From positions 24,487-88,486 of the IMG/VR virus record IMGVR_UViG_3300030329_001671: 64,000 bases of DNA; one strand, given 5' to 3'. The notes below the pieces were generated by a model. That model did no database searches, had not been told where the DNA came from, and saw only the letters and a list, made by a program, of their open reading frames with translations. This document shows, one piece after another, positions 1-10,101 of the stretch (its first letter is position 1; each line of letters opens with the position of its first letter). This stretch comes from a virus. The position numbers were made by a program, and so were the translations under genes.

Positions 1-2
1 GT

Positions 3-1256
3 AAATCCATTCAAGCTATTAAAGCTTCTATGGATGTATCTGCCGATAAAGTATTAGTATTATGTCCTGCGTCGTTAAAGTGGAAATGGGCTGACGAGTT
101 TAAAAAACATTTCAATATTGATGCTTTTGTGGTCGCAGGAAAAAAGGAAGAACGTAGAGCAGTTTGGAAATCTAAAGCTAAGTATATTATAGCTAACTAT
201 GACCTACTCCACCCTAATAGGGATTGGGACGATATGCCCCACAAATGGGATGTTATTATTGCCGATGAAGCGGTGTACCTAAAAAATCCCAAGGCCATAA
301 GAACTAAACGAGCTCTAAAGTTAGAGGCAGAATATAAGTTCGCCTTATCGGGAATATACATAGAAAACAGCCTAACGGAGTTCTTTTCTATTATGAAATT
401 TATCCGCCCTGAGGTTGTCCCCGATAACGTTTACACATTTACTAAACGCTATTGTGAAGTCGATTGGAACGGTAAAGTTTTAGGAGCGAAAAAAGAAAAA
501 TTACCAGAGCTCCACGCCCTGACTTCTCCATTTGTGTTGCGTAGAACTAAGCTAGAAAAGCTGAAGGAGTTACCTCCAAAAATCTATACGCCTATTCCAC
601 TGGAGATGTCGGCGGAAGAAAAATCTGAATACTCAAAACTATCCTCAGAATTTAAAGCATGGGTTGAGGGTGGGAGTAAAGAAGAACATAAAACTGTGGG
701 ATCCGCTACGCTAGATGTCAGATATTTCGTTGAAGGTATGTATGGTAATTTAGCTACTAAAACTAAAAGACAATGGCTAGAAGAGTTATATAAAACTGTA
801 GATAAGTTAGTCGTATTCACATTCTTTGAAAAAAGTGCCAGAATGTTGAAAGAGTATTTTGATACTCCTTATTACATATCTGGAAAAGAAAAGAACAATA
901 GGTTTGAAGTAGTTAGGGATTTCAACAAAATTAAAAAGGGAATTCTCATATCTACCGATGCTGGAAAATTCGGCTTAGATATGGTGGGTGCGGATACATT
1001 AGTTCACTACGGATATGTCCATAACCCCGGTACGATGATTCAGCGTGAAGATAGATTATGGCGTATGGGTCAGGAAAAAACAGTTAACATTCTATTACCG
1101 TATTTAATCGGTACAATAGATGAAGGAATACAGAAAGTTTACAATACTAGGTTGGCAGAATCTAATAATTTTATGGAAGGCGCAGAGCAAATGCAAGAAG
1201 TAAAATTATCGGTACAAGATTATGCAAAATTAGTTGATGGAAATTATTATGAGTAG
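3..1256 (+). CDS. SNF2/DEAD-like superfamily 2 helicase (5'-truncated by window edge)
   Basis: Frame is open from the window start ((G)KSIQAI, end of Walker A); VLCPASL, IIADEA (Walker B), ALSG, STDAG..GLD and QREDRLWRMGQ helicase motifs. Confidence 0.9.
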   Translation, partial: KSIQAIKASMDVSADKVLVLCPASLKWKWADEFKKHFNIDAFVVAGKKEERRAVWKSKAKYIIANYDLLHPNRDWDDMPHKWDVIIADEAVYLKNPKAIRTKRALKLEAEYKFALSGIYIENSLTEFFSIMKFIRPEVVPDNVYTFTKRYCEVDWNGKVLGAKKEKLPELHALTSPFVLRRTKLEKLKELPPKIYTPIPLEMSAEEKSEYSKLSSEFKAWVEGGSKEEHKTVGSATLDVRYFVEGMYGNLATKTKRQWLEELYKTVDKLVVFTFFEKSARMLKEYFDTPYYISGKEKNNRFEVVRDFNKIKKGILISTDAGKFGLDMVGADTLVHYGYVHNPGTMIQREDRLWRMGQEKTVNILLPYLIGTIDEGIQKVYNTRLAESNNFMEGAEQMQEVKLSVQDYAKLVDGNYYE

Positions 1257-1647
1257 AACACACATATCCGCTATCGAATTGAAAGGACCGTATAAGTGTT
1301 TAGCTAATTCATACCCAACCTCTGTTATTGTCGAGGGAATTACCTATCCGTCGGTAGAACATGCTTTCCAAGCTGCTAAAGTTTTAGACAGAACCGTGAA
1401 ATTTAAAATTTCTAAAATGTCTAATTTAGCTGAAGTTAAGAAGTTGTTACTAAATGAATGGACTCGACCCAACTGGAATGAGGTTAAGTATGCTACACTA
1501 CATCAATTGGTAAAATTAAAGTTTGAGTCTAATAAAGATTTAGCTAAAGTGCTAACTAATACTGGTACCAAGCGTATAGGCGGTAAAAAGGATTCCGAAT
1601 TAGGCTCTATTTTGATGAAAGTTAGAGGCGAAATACTTCGTGCCTAA
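1249..1647 (+). CDS. NADAR (YbiA-like) family protein
   Basis: L.NSYP...YPSVEHAFQAAK, W...K...L...KF...LA..L..TG and LG.ILM.VR motifs typical of NADAR; ATG overlaps the helicase stop. Confidence 0.85.
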   Translation: MSRTHISAIELKGPYKCLANSYPTSVIVEGITYPSVEHAFQAAKVLDRTVKFKISKMSNLAEVKKLLLNEWTRPNWNEVKYATLHQLVKLKFESNKDLAKVLTNTGTKRIGGKKDSELGSILMKVRGEILRA

Positions 1648-2053
1648 AAAAGTTCATCCAGAAAAGTATACTAGTAAACATCTTCTAGATTATTGGAACT
1701 CGGAATTTATAGTTCACCAGTCTAAACCATATGTGTCTTTACGATGGGGAGGTTTGGACTTACAATCTTTTAAGGACTTGCTGAACTATTATGATGTGTA
1801 TACTATTTTATTGGCGATAGAGGTGGCCACTAAATCGGGTACGATAATTTCCGAATTCCGTAATAACTTTGAGGATTACGATTCTCACTCCGCCCACCCG
1901 AAGTTAGAATGGTTGGTAAAGGATAGAGGGAATAAGAGACAGAAAAATCTTTGGTATGAATATGAAGATATTTCTACTAGGTGGTTTCCGTCTGCATCTG
2001 ACCGTAAGCGATTATCAGAAATAGAAGAAGAGTTAAAGGAGTGGGCTAAGTGA
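1640..2053 (+). CDS. Hypothetical protein, possible helicase loader/replication accessory
   Basis: 137-aa ORF translationally coupled between NADAR and DnaB; function inferred from position only. Confidence 0.6.
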   Translation: MPKKVHPEKYTSKHLLDYWNSEFIVHQSKPYVSLRWGGLDLQSFKDLLNYYDVYTILLAIEVATKSGTIISEFRNNFEDYDSHSAHPKLEWLVKDRGNKRQKNLWYEYEDISTRWFPSASDRKRLSEIEEELKEWAK

Positions 2054-3321
2054 GTAACCTTTCATACACCTACGTAGAAAGTGGAATAGTTCTAAATATC
2101 TCATCTTATGCCGATTTGAAGAAGATTAATGTAACTCCCCAACATTTTGCCGTTTTTGGGGAAGCCTTCCAGTTCATCTTGAATGAGTTAGATGATAGTA
2201 GGCAAGTTCCATCAAGATCTGTGCTTCTAGCAAAGTATCCAGAATTAGACCAAAGTGCCGCAGACGCAGCTGACGTAAGTTTCTTTTCGGGAGAACTGAA
2301 ACATCAACTAATGTATCGTACTGCCATCCAGTCTGCCAATGAGTGGGTTCCCCAAATACAGGGAAATAATCCACAACAAGCGATAGAGCGTTTGATTCAA
2401 GAATTAGAGGCTGTAACCGCTACCGTCGATGATGATATAGAAGTCTATGACTCAGGCAGTATAGATCGTCTAGCAGAGTACTCTGAGAGGGTTGCACAGC
2501 GTAAGGATAAGTCGTTGGGTATGTTGGGTATACCCACCCCGTTCAAGACGCTTAACAGGCTTGGTGTAGGGTGGATGCCGGGTGAACTATATTCACTCTT
2601 TGCTCGACCTACGGTAGGTAAGTCGTTCATGTCTGTAAAGGTAGCTGCTGTTGCCATGAAACAAGGGCATAAAACGCTACTGATATCTACAGAAATGCCC
2701 GTGAAAGCTATGTCCATGCGAATGGATGCTTTTTTGGGGAAACTATTGGGGTATGAGTTTTCTCTAACTAAACTTAGAAGAGGAGAAGAGGGGATAGATG
2801 AAGAACAGTATAGAGAATTTCTTACTTCTATGGACTCTAGAAATATTTTGTTTCCTCACCATTTGGGCTTTGATGCCTTAAGCATATCGACCATTAGAAA
2901 TTTGGTGCGAAAATATACCCCAGACTTAGTGGTAGTTGATGGGGTATACCTACTTAGCGATGATTCTAGTAGGGCTAAGTGGGAACAGAATGATAATCTA
3001 TTTAAAGGTTTGAAGAATATAGCGATGGCTCATGAAATTCCTGTGTTTTGTACCACTCAGGCAGGACGAGAAGCTGTAGACTTATTCAAGCCACCTAAGT
3101 TGAATCAGGTAGCTAATGGAGATGCGTTGGTTCGGGCTAGCGACATTGCGTTTGCGATGAGTAAAGTAGAAGATGATGATAATCAAAGATTTCTCTATTA
3201 TATGAAACAACGTGACGATGCAGAAATTACAGCTAAAAGTGTTCTGAGTTGGAATGTAGATGTTGGGGATGTTCAAGAACTAATGCAGGAAGATTTACAG
3301 CAAGAAGATGCCAAATTCTAA
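2050..3321 (+). CDS. dnaB: DnaB-like replicative helicase
   Basis: GIPTPF..LN, Walker A FARPTVGKS, ISTEM, VVVDGVYL, TTQAGR and DALVRASD motifs. Confidence 0.93.
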   Translation: MSNLSYTYVESGIVLNISSYADLKKINVTPQHFAVFGEAFQFILNELDDSRQVPSRSVLLAKYPELDQSAADAADVSFFSGELKHQLMYRTAIQSANEWVPQIQGNNPQQAIERLIQELEAVTATVDDDIEVYDSGSIDRLAEYSERVAQRKDKSLGMLGIPTPFKTLNRLGVGWMPGELYSLFARPTVGKSFMSVKVAAVAMKQGHKTLLISTEMPVKAMSMRMDAFLGKLLGYEFSLTKLRRGEEGIDEEQYREFLTSMDSRNILFPHHLGFDALSISTIRNLVRKYTPDLVVVDGVYLLSDDSSRAKWEQNDNLFKGLKNIAMAHEIPVFCTTQAGREAVDLFKPPKLNQVANGDALVRASDIAFAMSKVEDDDNQRFLYYMKQRDDAEITAKSVLSWNVDVGDVQELMQEDLQQEDAKF

Positions 3322-3838
3322 ATTAAAAATATATACTGATGGTTCTTGTAGGACAAACCCCGGCGGAGTAGGTGGATGGGGGGTTGTGATAACTAATGAA
3401 GATGAAGATATTTTGTTTATTCTTTCGGGGGGCGAACCCAACACTACTAATAGTGAAATGGAGTTGACGGGAGTTGTGCGGGGGCTGGAAACTTTGTATT
3501 TAGACGATTTATCTGAATGTGTTACTATTTATTCCGACAGTAAATATGTTATAGATAATTGTACTAAGTTTAGTACCTCCCCTAGTGATTTATGGGGTAA
3601 GTATTTCGCCTTACACCAATCGTTCAAGGATATTAGCCATGTATGGGTTCCGGGGCATTCGGGACATACTCTACAGGAAATGGCAGATACCTTGGCTACG
3701 AATGCGTCTGGAGACTTGAAAGAATGGTTAGAGAAGAAAAGTCGAAACAGGAAACGGAAGTTCAATTTTACCCGTGGGAAGACATCCTCAACGAAGCAGG
3801 ATTTGAAACCACACTTGAAACAAATTCTGAGCGATTAG
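3308..3838 (+). CDS. rnhA: Ribonuclease HI
   Basis: IYTDGSC..NPG.GGWG, TTNSEMEL, YSDSKY, WVPGHSG...EMAD.LA; all four catalytic acidic residues present. Confidence 0.93.
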   Translation: MPNSKLKIYTDGSCRTNPGGVGGWGVVITNEDEDILFILSGGEPNTTNSEMELTGVVRGLETLYLDDLSECVTIYSDSKYVIDNCTKFSTSPSDLWGKYFALHQSFKDISHVWVPGHSGHTLQEMADTLATNASGDLKEWLEKKSRNRKRKFNFTRGKTSSTKQDLKPHLKQILSD

Positions 3839-4680
3839 ATCAGAGGGTTTATCATTGTCCATTTCACGACGATAAAGCACCATCTCTTTCTATTAATTTA
3901 GATAGCGGTAAGTGGATTTGTTATGCTAATTGTGGGGCGGGAACCTTGGATTCGTTTATATCCAAGTACACAGGCTGGTCACGGTTACAAACCGATGTAT
4001 TTATTAGAAAATTTTCTGAAAACGTAGGGTTACAACTTCAAGATACTTGGAATACAGCGGAAGAAGTTGAAGCTCCGTTAGAAGAAGTAAATTTAGAGTA
4101 TACGAAAGGAGAAGTACCTAACTGGATTTTCGATAGAGAATTCACAGCAAAAACTCTGATTGACGCTGAGGCTGGAACAAACGGTCGTGGAGGATTAGTT
4201 CTTCCCATCAGAGATGATAGAGGTGTTATAGTAGGAAGTGTAACCCGACAACCATCGGGCTATAACCCTAAATATTTATACAGTTTTGGATTGAAAAAGA
4301 GCAAAATCGTTTATGGACTGTATAATATAGATGAGTCTAGTTTTATTTGTCTAACTGAAGGCATACTCGACACATTATGGCTTAAACAACATAACTTCGA
4401 ATCAATAGCAATACTTGGGGCTTCATTGTCTAAAAAACAAGAGTCCCTCATCAATACACTCCATACCTCTGAACTAGTCCTATGTTTGGACAATGATGAG
4501 ACAGGAATAACCGCTTCTAAGCGGATTGCGTCTAAATTATCGAAGCATAGGTTAGTCAGTTTTGCTAGACTCCCTGATGGCTATAAAGACATTCAGGAAA
4601 TTAGGGATGCAAGTCTTTTGCATTCTGTAATAACTAACCGAACCGTTTTAGGTTTGGAAGGGAGTTTTAAAAAATGGTAA
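3724..4680 (+). CDS. dnaG: DnaG-type DNA primase
   Basis: CPFHDD..PS..CYANC zinc finger, PKYL, TEGILD, LDNDETG TOPRIM, KDIQE; start uncertain (ORF track gives 3643). Confidence 0.92.
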   Translation: MVREEKSKQETEVQFYPWEDILNEAGFETTLETNSERLDQRVYHCPFHDDKAPSLSINLDSGKWICYANCGAGTLDSFISKYTGWSRLQTDVFIRKFSENVGLQLQDTWNTAEEVEAPLEEVNLEYTKGEVPNWIFDREFTAKTLIDAEAGTNGRGGLVLPIRDDRGVIVGSVTRQPSGYNPKYLYSFGLKKSKIVYGLYNIDESSFICLTEGILDTLWLKQHNFESIAILGASLSKKQESLINTLHTSELVLCLDNDETGITASKRIASKLSKHRLVSFARLPDGYKDIQEIRDASLLHSVITNRTVLGLEGSFKKW

Positions 4681-5531
4681 GTGGTGGAATTGCTGGCATC
4701 AGCCAGCGAGCCGACAAAGAAGAACAGGAACGCTCTTCTCGTAGGGGTCCCGGTTCTGAATTATGGCTTTACGATGGCGATATTGCTACCGTTTCTATAG
4801 TGCCTTCAGGCGACCCCGAAGACTACCGAATTCAAGACTTTTCAACATATCGTGCTACTGGCATGGGACGTAATGGTGCCTATACCTATGACGCTATGGC
4901 TATTGGACAGTCTGCTGAGGGTGATTACAAAGCTGCGGAAGTAGATTCTGGAACTCAACTCAGGACTAAGTTTGGTGTTTGGTTGTACGTGGAAAATGTT
5001 ATGAGGAACCCCGCTAACTTCCCAACGTTGTCAAAGAACTTTGGGGACGATGCTGTAGCTTCTTGGGAGTCAATACAGAGTCCTAGTGGAAAAGCTTTTA
5101 TGCAACAGCCCGCAGGAAATTTCCAAATGTGGTCACAAGGTTTTGGTCGCAGTAAGTATCTATGGAATCAAATTGTAGATATTTATGATGAAGATGGGGC
5201 GTTGAATAAGCATAAGGTTAGAATCCGTCGAACTGGTAGTGGAAGAGATGACACATCGTACTCCATAAAAACCATTGCTGAGGATGCACAGGTTCCTTCT
5301 GAGGCGCAGGGTCAATCAGCAGATTCTTTAGTTCGACCTGTAGACTTTTTCCTACAAAAAGAACGTGCTATAGCCGCAGCTGTAGAGAAGCGTAATTCAG
5401 ATAACCAAACTACTTCCCTAAATGGAGTAGGTGGGTCGTCTAATCAGCCACCATGGAATGTGGATAGTTCGTCGGAAGTTCCGTCGTTCAACACATCCTC
5501 TGTGGATAACGATCAAGAGTCGTTATTCTAG
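4674..5531 (+). CDS. Single-stranded DNA-binding protein (gp32-like)
   Basis: IRRTGSGRDDTSYSI motif, acidic C-terminal tail ending in LF, position between primase and polymerase. Confidence 0.75.
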   Translation: MVSGGIAGISQRADKEEQERSSRRGPGSELWLYDGDIATVSIVPSGDPEDYRIQDFSTYRATGMGRNGAYTYDAMAIGQSAEGDYKAAEVDSGTQLRTKFGVWLYVENVMRNPANFPTLSKNFGDDAVASWESIQSPSGKAFMQQPAGNFQMWSQGFGRSKYLWNQIVDIYDEDGALNKHKVRIRRTGSGRDDTSYSIKTIAEDAQVPSEAQGQSADSLVRPVDFFLQKERAIAAAVEKRNSDNQTTSLNGVGGSSNQPPWNVDSSSEVPSFNTSSVDNDQESLF

Positions 5532-5547
5532 ATAAGGAGAGACCAGT

Positions 5548-5745
5548 ATGGGAATACTTGGGTTTGTAAAGGGGTTGTTCGGCGGAACTGCTATTGAGCC
5601 AGATTTCGCAAAGCCAACTCAGACATCTTCTAACCATAATGTAGCTAACCAGTTACACAGGCCAACTATGTCTGCTCCGACTACTAAACGTAGTCGAAAG
5701 CCCCGAAAACGAAATGCTAAGGGTCAATTTGTATCCGAGGCGTAG
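5548..5745 (+). CDS. Small basic hypothetical protein
   Basis: Strong RBS (AAGGAG); C-terminal RNAKGQF motif. Confidence 0.6.
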   Translation: MGILGFVKGLFGGTAIEPDFAKPTQTSSNHNVANQLHRPTMSAPTTKRSRKPRKRNAKGQFVSEA

Positions 5746-5749
5746 AATA

Positions 5750-5779
5750 GTAGGGGGGATGCTTAGGTGTCCCCCCTAC
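5750..5779 (+). terminator. GC-rich hairpin (terminator or processing site) before polA
   Basis: GTAGGGGGGATGC-TTAG-GTGTCCCCCCTAC stem-loop; no clear U-tract. Confidence 0.5.
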
Positions 5780-5811
5780 ACTCTATAACATTTATAAGAA
5801 TTGAGAATTTT

Positions 5812-7920
5812 TTGATAAATTACGGTATAGACACTTTATTCAGCAATGAATCTATAATTGTGACCCCTGAGGATTTTGATGACTGCCTTAGGAAATTAAA
5901 TGAGTCTGATACTATCTTTTTAGATATTGAAAGTAACGGGTTTGAATTTAATAAAAATGAGATATGTGGAGTAGGGTTGGCTACACCTGAGAGTGTGGTT
6001 ATGTATTTCCCTTTCCGACACGCTGACCACCCGGAAGTGTATGGTAATCTGTCAGAAGATCACATGTTTAAGATGCTGAAAGCCTTAGAGCATACTAAAA
6101 CGTTAGTTGGGTATAACTTAAAGTTCGACTTAAAGTTTCTAGAGTATGAGTGTGGACTGACCGACATAGAGGATAGTTTTACTTGGTTGAACACTCAGGA
6201 TAAAAATCTTGTTGATGTTCTAGTCATGACACGCTTGACTGAAAAAGCCAAACATGAAAGATTAGATTTAACTCATACGATAACCCGTGAATTTGGAGAG
6301 GAAGCTTCCAAATATGACGCTAATTGTAAAGAGCTCCTGAGAAAAAATAAGTGGAGCAAAAACTTCTCTTTAGCCCCCATAAGTTTATTAGGTCCATATT
6401 GCTGTAATGACGTATTTTGGACTAGGGAATTATATTTTTCTAGAAAGAAAGCTATAGAAGAAACTAAACAGGTTGACATTTGGCAACAAAGTATCAAATT
6501 AACTTCTGTTCTATATGATATGGAGTACAGAGGAGTTAAAATAGATACAGAGTATGCTTTAGATGGGGCTAAACGTGTAGGGGCTAGACAAGAAGCGGTT
6601 CTGAAACGAATTTATGAAATAGCGGGTGAAGAATTTAATGTTGCATCTAATATACAGTTAGGTAAGATATTTGAGTCGCTAGGTATTGAGTCCCCAGATA
6701 AAACTGACAAGGGTAACCCGTCATGGGGAGAAAAATCCTTAGTCAAAATTAACCATGAGTTAGCAGGCCGAGTAAGAGAGTACAGAACATTAGGTAAGAT
6801 GTTGAGTACCTACATTGAACCCTTCTCTCAAACGGATGTTCTTCACTGTACCTATGCTAATTGGGGAACAGTAACAGGTAGATTATCTTCCCGAAACCCT
6901 AACTTACAGAATATTCCTAGAGGGATTATAAATACTGTAGAACAAAATCTCAATGAAGAAGAGATGAAAGCATTACAAGGGCGATTAGAGGCAATTGTAA
7001 AGGCTAATAAGGGTCGTATATCTTTGGATAACCAAGATATTTCGGCGTGGGCTTTTGTGGGGGAAGAAACTTTCGTTGACGGTGACCCCACTAAGTTTGC
7101 AACTAGGAAGGCTTTTGTTCCTAGAGAGGGATACACCCTATATGGTTTAGATTATAAACAGATGGAAGTTTGGGTCTTTCTTTCATATTTTATGAACGAT
7201 AAAGAATTAGCAGCTTTGAAAGACAAAGGGGTTGACCTTCACGATAATTCCGCTAAGGCAGCATTCCATGTAGATGAAAATCATGCAGAGTGGAAATTCT
7301 ATCGACAAGCGGCTAAAAACCTATCCTTTGGTATTTTATATGGTTTAGGATTAGAGAATTTAGCCAATTCTTTGGATTGCACTATCCCAGAAGCCAAGAA
7401 GTATAAAGCTAACTTTTTGAATGGACTACCGGGTTCTAAAGATTTTATTAAAAATGTCATGAGTAAAATCACCAAAACTGGTATGGTTCAGAATAGGTAT
7501 GGTCGGAAATACTGGATTCCAGAAGATTTCGCATATGCGGGCATTAATTACTTAGTACAGGGTACATCGGCTGATATAATGTCTGAGCGTATGATTGCGG
7601 TGCATGAGTATCTCAGAGATAAAAAATCTGCCCTCATAATGCAGGTTCATGATGAATTATTAGTAGAGGTAGCTGATGGTGAAGAAAGCGTGGTGGAAAA
7701 CATCCGTCGATTGATGGAAGAAAATTCCATAGGCATTCCGTTGCTAGTAGATGTAGAAATTCATGACCCCTCATGGGCGCATGTAATGGACGCTGACAAG
7801 GCAATTAGGGAAGCACAATATCCTGCTGACAGGGAGAAGGAGCAATTGGAAGACCATTATTGTATATGGAGACAAAAGTACGAAGATTTAGTTAAGACTG
7901 AAGAGGTAGTAATACTATGA
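5812..7920 (+). CDS. polA: Family A DNA polymerase with 3'-5' exonuclease
   Basis: LDIES, YNLKFD, YCCND exonuclease motifs; TGRLSS.NPNLQNIP; motif A DYKQME, motif B RQAAKNLSFGILYG, motif C QVHDEL. The track start at 5767 lies inside a hairpin, so TTG 5812 is preferred. Confidence 0.95.
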   Translation: MINYGIDTLFSNESIIVTPEDFDDCLRKLNESDTIFLDIESNGFEFNKNEICGVGLATPESVVMYFPFRHADHPEVYGNLSEDHMFKMLKALEHTKTLVGYNLKFDLKFLEYECGLTDIEDSFTWLNTQDKNLVDVLVMTRLTEKAKHERLDLTHTITREFGEEASKYDANCKELLRKNKWSKNFSLAPISLLGPYCCNDVFWTRELYFSRKKAIEETKQVDIWQQSIKLTSVLYDMEYRGVKIDTEYALDGAKRVGARQEAVLKRIYEIAGEEFNVASNIQLGKIFESLGIESPDKTDKGNPSWGEKSLVKINHELAGRVREYRTLGKMLSTYIEPFSQTDVLHCTYANWGTVTGRLSSRNPNLQNIPRGIINTVEQNLNEEEMKALQGRLEAIVKANKGRISLDNQDISAWAFVGEETFVDGDPTKFATRKAFVPREGYTLYGLDYKQMEVWVFLSYFMNDKELAALKDKGVDLHDNSAKAAFHVDENHAEWKFYRQAAKNLSFGILYGLGLENLANSLDCTIPEAKKYKANFLNGLPGSKDFIKNVMSKITKTGMVQNRYGRKYWIPEDFAYAGINYLVQGTSADIMSERMIAVHEYLRDKKSALIMQVHDELLVEVADGEESVVENIRRLMEENSIGIPLLVDVEIHDPSWAHVMDADKAIREAQYPADREKEQLEDHYCIWRQKYEDLVKTEEVVIL

Positions 7921-8126
7921 AGATAGATCAGGCTTTAGGATTTACCGTCAATTTAGGTGATTATAACAATGCTAAAATTGAAGTAACTATCCGAGATATA
8001 GACACAGAAGAAGATTTGGATGAACAAATGGCTAAAGCTAAAGTCGCTATAAATAAGGCATGGCCTTTGGTTTTGTCTGCGGCTGATGCCGAGGTAACAA
8101 AAATAAGGAGTCTAGCTAATGGCTAA
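7917..8126 (+). CDS. Conserved small phage protein
   Basis: LGFTVNLGDYNN.KIEV motif; coupled to polA and recA. Confidence 0.7.
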   Translation: MKIDQALGFTVNLGDYNNAKIEVTIRDIDTEEDLDEQMAKAKVAINKAWPLVLSAADAEVTKIRSLANG

Positions 8127-9138
8127 AACTAAGACAGAAACCCCTTTGATGGATCAGCTTCTAAAGGGAGTGGATGGGCTTACGTTAGCGTCGGATAACG
8201 AGTTTAAATTTGAGCGTATACCTTTCGGTATCCCCCAGTTGGATAAATTGACAGGTGGGGGAATTCCTAAGAAGCGGTTTACACTACTAACGGGTCAGCC
8301 TAGTGGTGGTAAGTCGTATCTTGCTATGAAAGCGGTCGAATCTGTCCAAAAAGCAGGAGGAACGGCGGTTTGGATTGATACTGAGATGTCTTTAGATGAC
8401 TCATGGTTCCGTAAGTGTGGAGTCAACCCCGACTTACTTCTTGCGTCCCAACCAGAAAATGGGGAGGCGGCAATAGAAATTGCTAGAGCCGTTATGGAAG
8501 CAGGAGTGGACTTGGTGGTGATAGATAGTATTGCAGGTATGGTTCCCGCAGCAGAATTAGCGGATTTCGATAAAAGTCCTATGGGATGGTTGGCTAGGTT
8601 TGTAAACGATTCCCTTAGTAGGTTGATGAGTCGGCTAAAGCATGGGTCGTCCTTGATTTGTATAAACCAACAACGATCAGCTATTGGACCTGTGGCGATT
8701 AAAGACATGCCGGGTGGTAAGGGTCAGGTGTATTGGAACCACATGATGCTTGAAGTACGAAGATCCGGGTGGATAGAGAACAAGAAAACTAAAATTAAAG
8801 AAGGCTTCGATATGGAGGTCACTCTAAAGAAGAATAAAACTTCGGCTGACCATTGGCAAAAAGTGGTTGTACCCTTTAAAGTAGATGGTGGAATAGATAC
8901 TATGGAAAGCTATATGCGTGAAGGCATAGCTTATGGCTTCATCCAACAGTCTGGAGCATGGTACGAGTACAATGATAATAAGGTCATGGGATTAAATGGA
9001 CTTAAGACTTTATTGGTAACAGAACAACCAGAGTTAGGACAAAAATTAAAGGAAGATGTAGATAATGCCTCTCAACGTTCAATCGGCACCTCAAGCGATG
9101 ACTCCGCAGGAAGTAAAAATAGCCAACTACTTAAGTGA
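8119..9138 (+). CDS. recA: RecA-family recombinase
   Basis: LD.LTGGGIP, Walker A GQPSGGKS, IDTE, VVIDSIA, INQQR, PGG, SGAWY. Confidence 0.95.
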   Translation: MAKTKTETPLMDQLLKGVDGLTLASDNEFKFERIPFGIPQLDKLTGGGIPKKRFTLLTGQPSGGKSYLAMKAVESVQKAGGTAVWIDTEMSLDDSWFRKCGVNPDLLLASQPENGEAAIEIARAVMEAGVDLVVIDSIAGMVPAAELADFDKSPMGWLARFVNDSLSRLMSRLKHGSSLICINQQRSAIGPVAIKDMPGGKGQVYWNHMMLEVRRSGWIENKKTKIKEGFDMEVTLKKNKTSADHWQKVVVPFKVDGGIDTMESYMREGIAYGFIQQSGAWYEYNDNKVMGLNGLKTLLVTEQPELGQKLKEDVDNASQRSIGTSSDDSAGSKNSQLLK

Positions 9139-9412
9139 GTTGGGGTTGCGGTGGGAGTCTCAGAGGGAAATAGGTAAATATTTTGTAGACTTTTGGATAG
9201 CCGAAATTGGGACAGTTATTGAGGCGGATGGGGTTTACGGTCATTTTTCTAAAAAAGATAAAGAACGGAATGAATTCTTGCTAGAAAGTGGAGTAGATTA
9301 CGTTTTACATATTACGTCGGAAAATGCTTCGGAAATTCAACACGATATTGACGCATTTTTAGTTGATATTGCTATAGACATGAATCGTAAAAAAGGAAAT
9401 AAATGGGCGTAA
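9065..9412 (+). CDS. DUF559/Vsr-like endonuclease
   Basis: MTPQE...L, Q.EIGKYFVDF, IEADG.YGH, D.ERN.FL. Confidence 0.8.
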   Translation: MPLNVQSAPQAMTPQEVKIANYLSELGLRWESQREIGKYFVDFWIAEIGTVIEADGVYGHFSKKDKERNEFLLESGVDYVLHITSENASEIQHDIDAFLVDIAIDMNRKKGNKWA

Positions 9413-10101
9413 AAGAAATAACAGAAAATGTTACTAAATCTTGGGATACCAAAGATTTAGGTCAATTGCTAGTAAAACAGTTGGATAAACAGTTAGCCCA
9501 TCCTCAAAAAAGTACTAGTAAAGGTAAGTTCTTTGTATCTGCTATAGGGAACCCTTGTGACCGATACTTGTGGCTTCACTACAATGGACTAGTGCCTAAA
9601 AAATCAATTTCGTCTACGTTACAACGTATATTTGGTGTAGGTAGTTCCGCTGAGGATAGGTACGCTAAGTATTTTGGCGATATGATGCTATACAGGGAGC
9701 AATCCTGTAAGATAGAGAGCCCTGTTACTTTATCGGGTCGTGCTGACTTCATACTTCACCATGATGGTAGATTATTTGTGCTAGAACTCAAAACTATCAA
9801 TCAAAGAGGTTGGGACGAGGACATATCTAATGGTCCCAAGACTGAGCATTCTACCCAATTACAGTGTTACCTACATATGTTAGGACATTCCGAAGGAGTA
9901 ATTTTGTATGAAAACAAAAATACTCAACAGATTAAGACTTTTGTAGTAAAACGAAATGACGACTTATGGGATGGAATTTTGTCCAGAGCGCAAGCTATCG
10001 TTAATATGCCAGTTCCACCTAGATTAGCGGAAGTAGAGTCCACGCATTATCATTACTGTGATTGCAAATTAGTAAAAGATGAGGAATTAGGTCTTGGCTA
10101 A
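9403..10101 (+). CDS. Cas4-like PD-(D/E)xK exonuclease
   Basis: S.IG.PC.R, SGRADF, ELKT, QLQCY and C-terminal Cys residues. Confidence 0.85.
   Translation: MGVKEITENVTKSWDTKDLGQLLVKQLDKQLAHPQKSTSKGKFFVSAIGNPCDRYLWLHYNGLVPKKSISSTLQRIFGVGSSAEDRYAKYFGDMMLYREQSCKIESPVTLSGRADFILHHDGRLFVLELKTINQRGWDEDISNGPKTEHSTQLQCYLHMLGHSEGVILYENKNTQQIKTFVVKRNDDLWDGILSRAQAIVNMPVPPRLAEVESTHYHYCDCKLVKDEELGLG

Noticed and set aside
9403-10101. CRISPR-Cas system based on the Cas4-like gene
   Set aside because: No array or other cas genes; solo Cas4-like nucleases are common in phage recombination modules.
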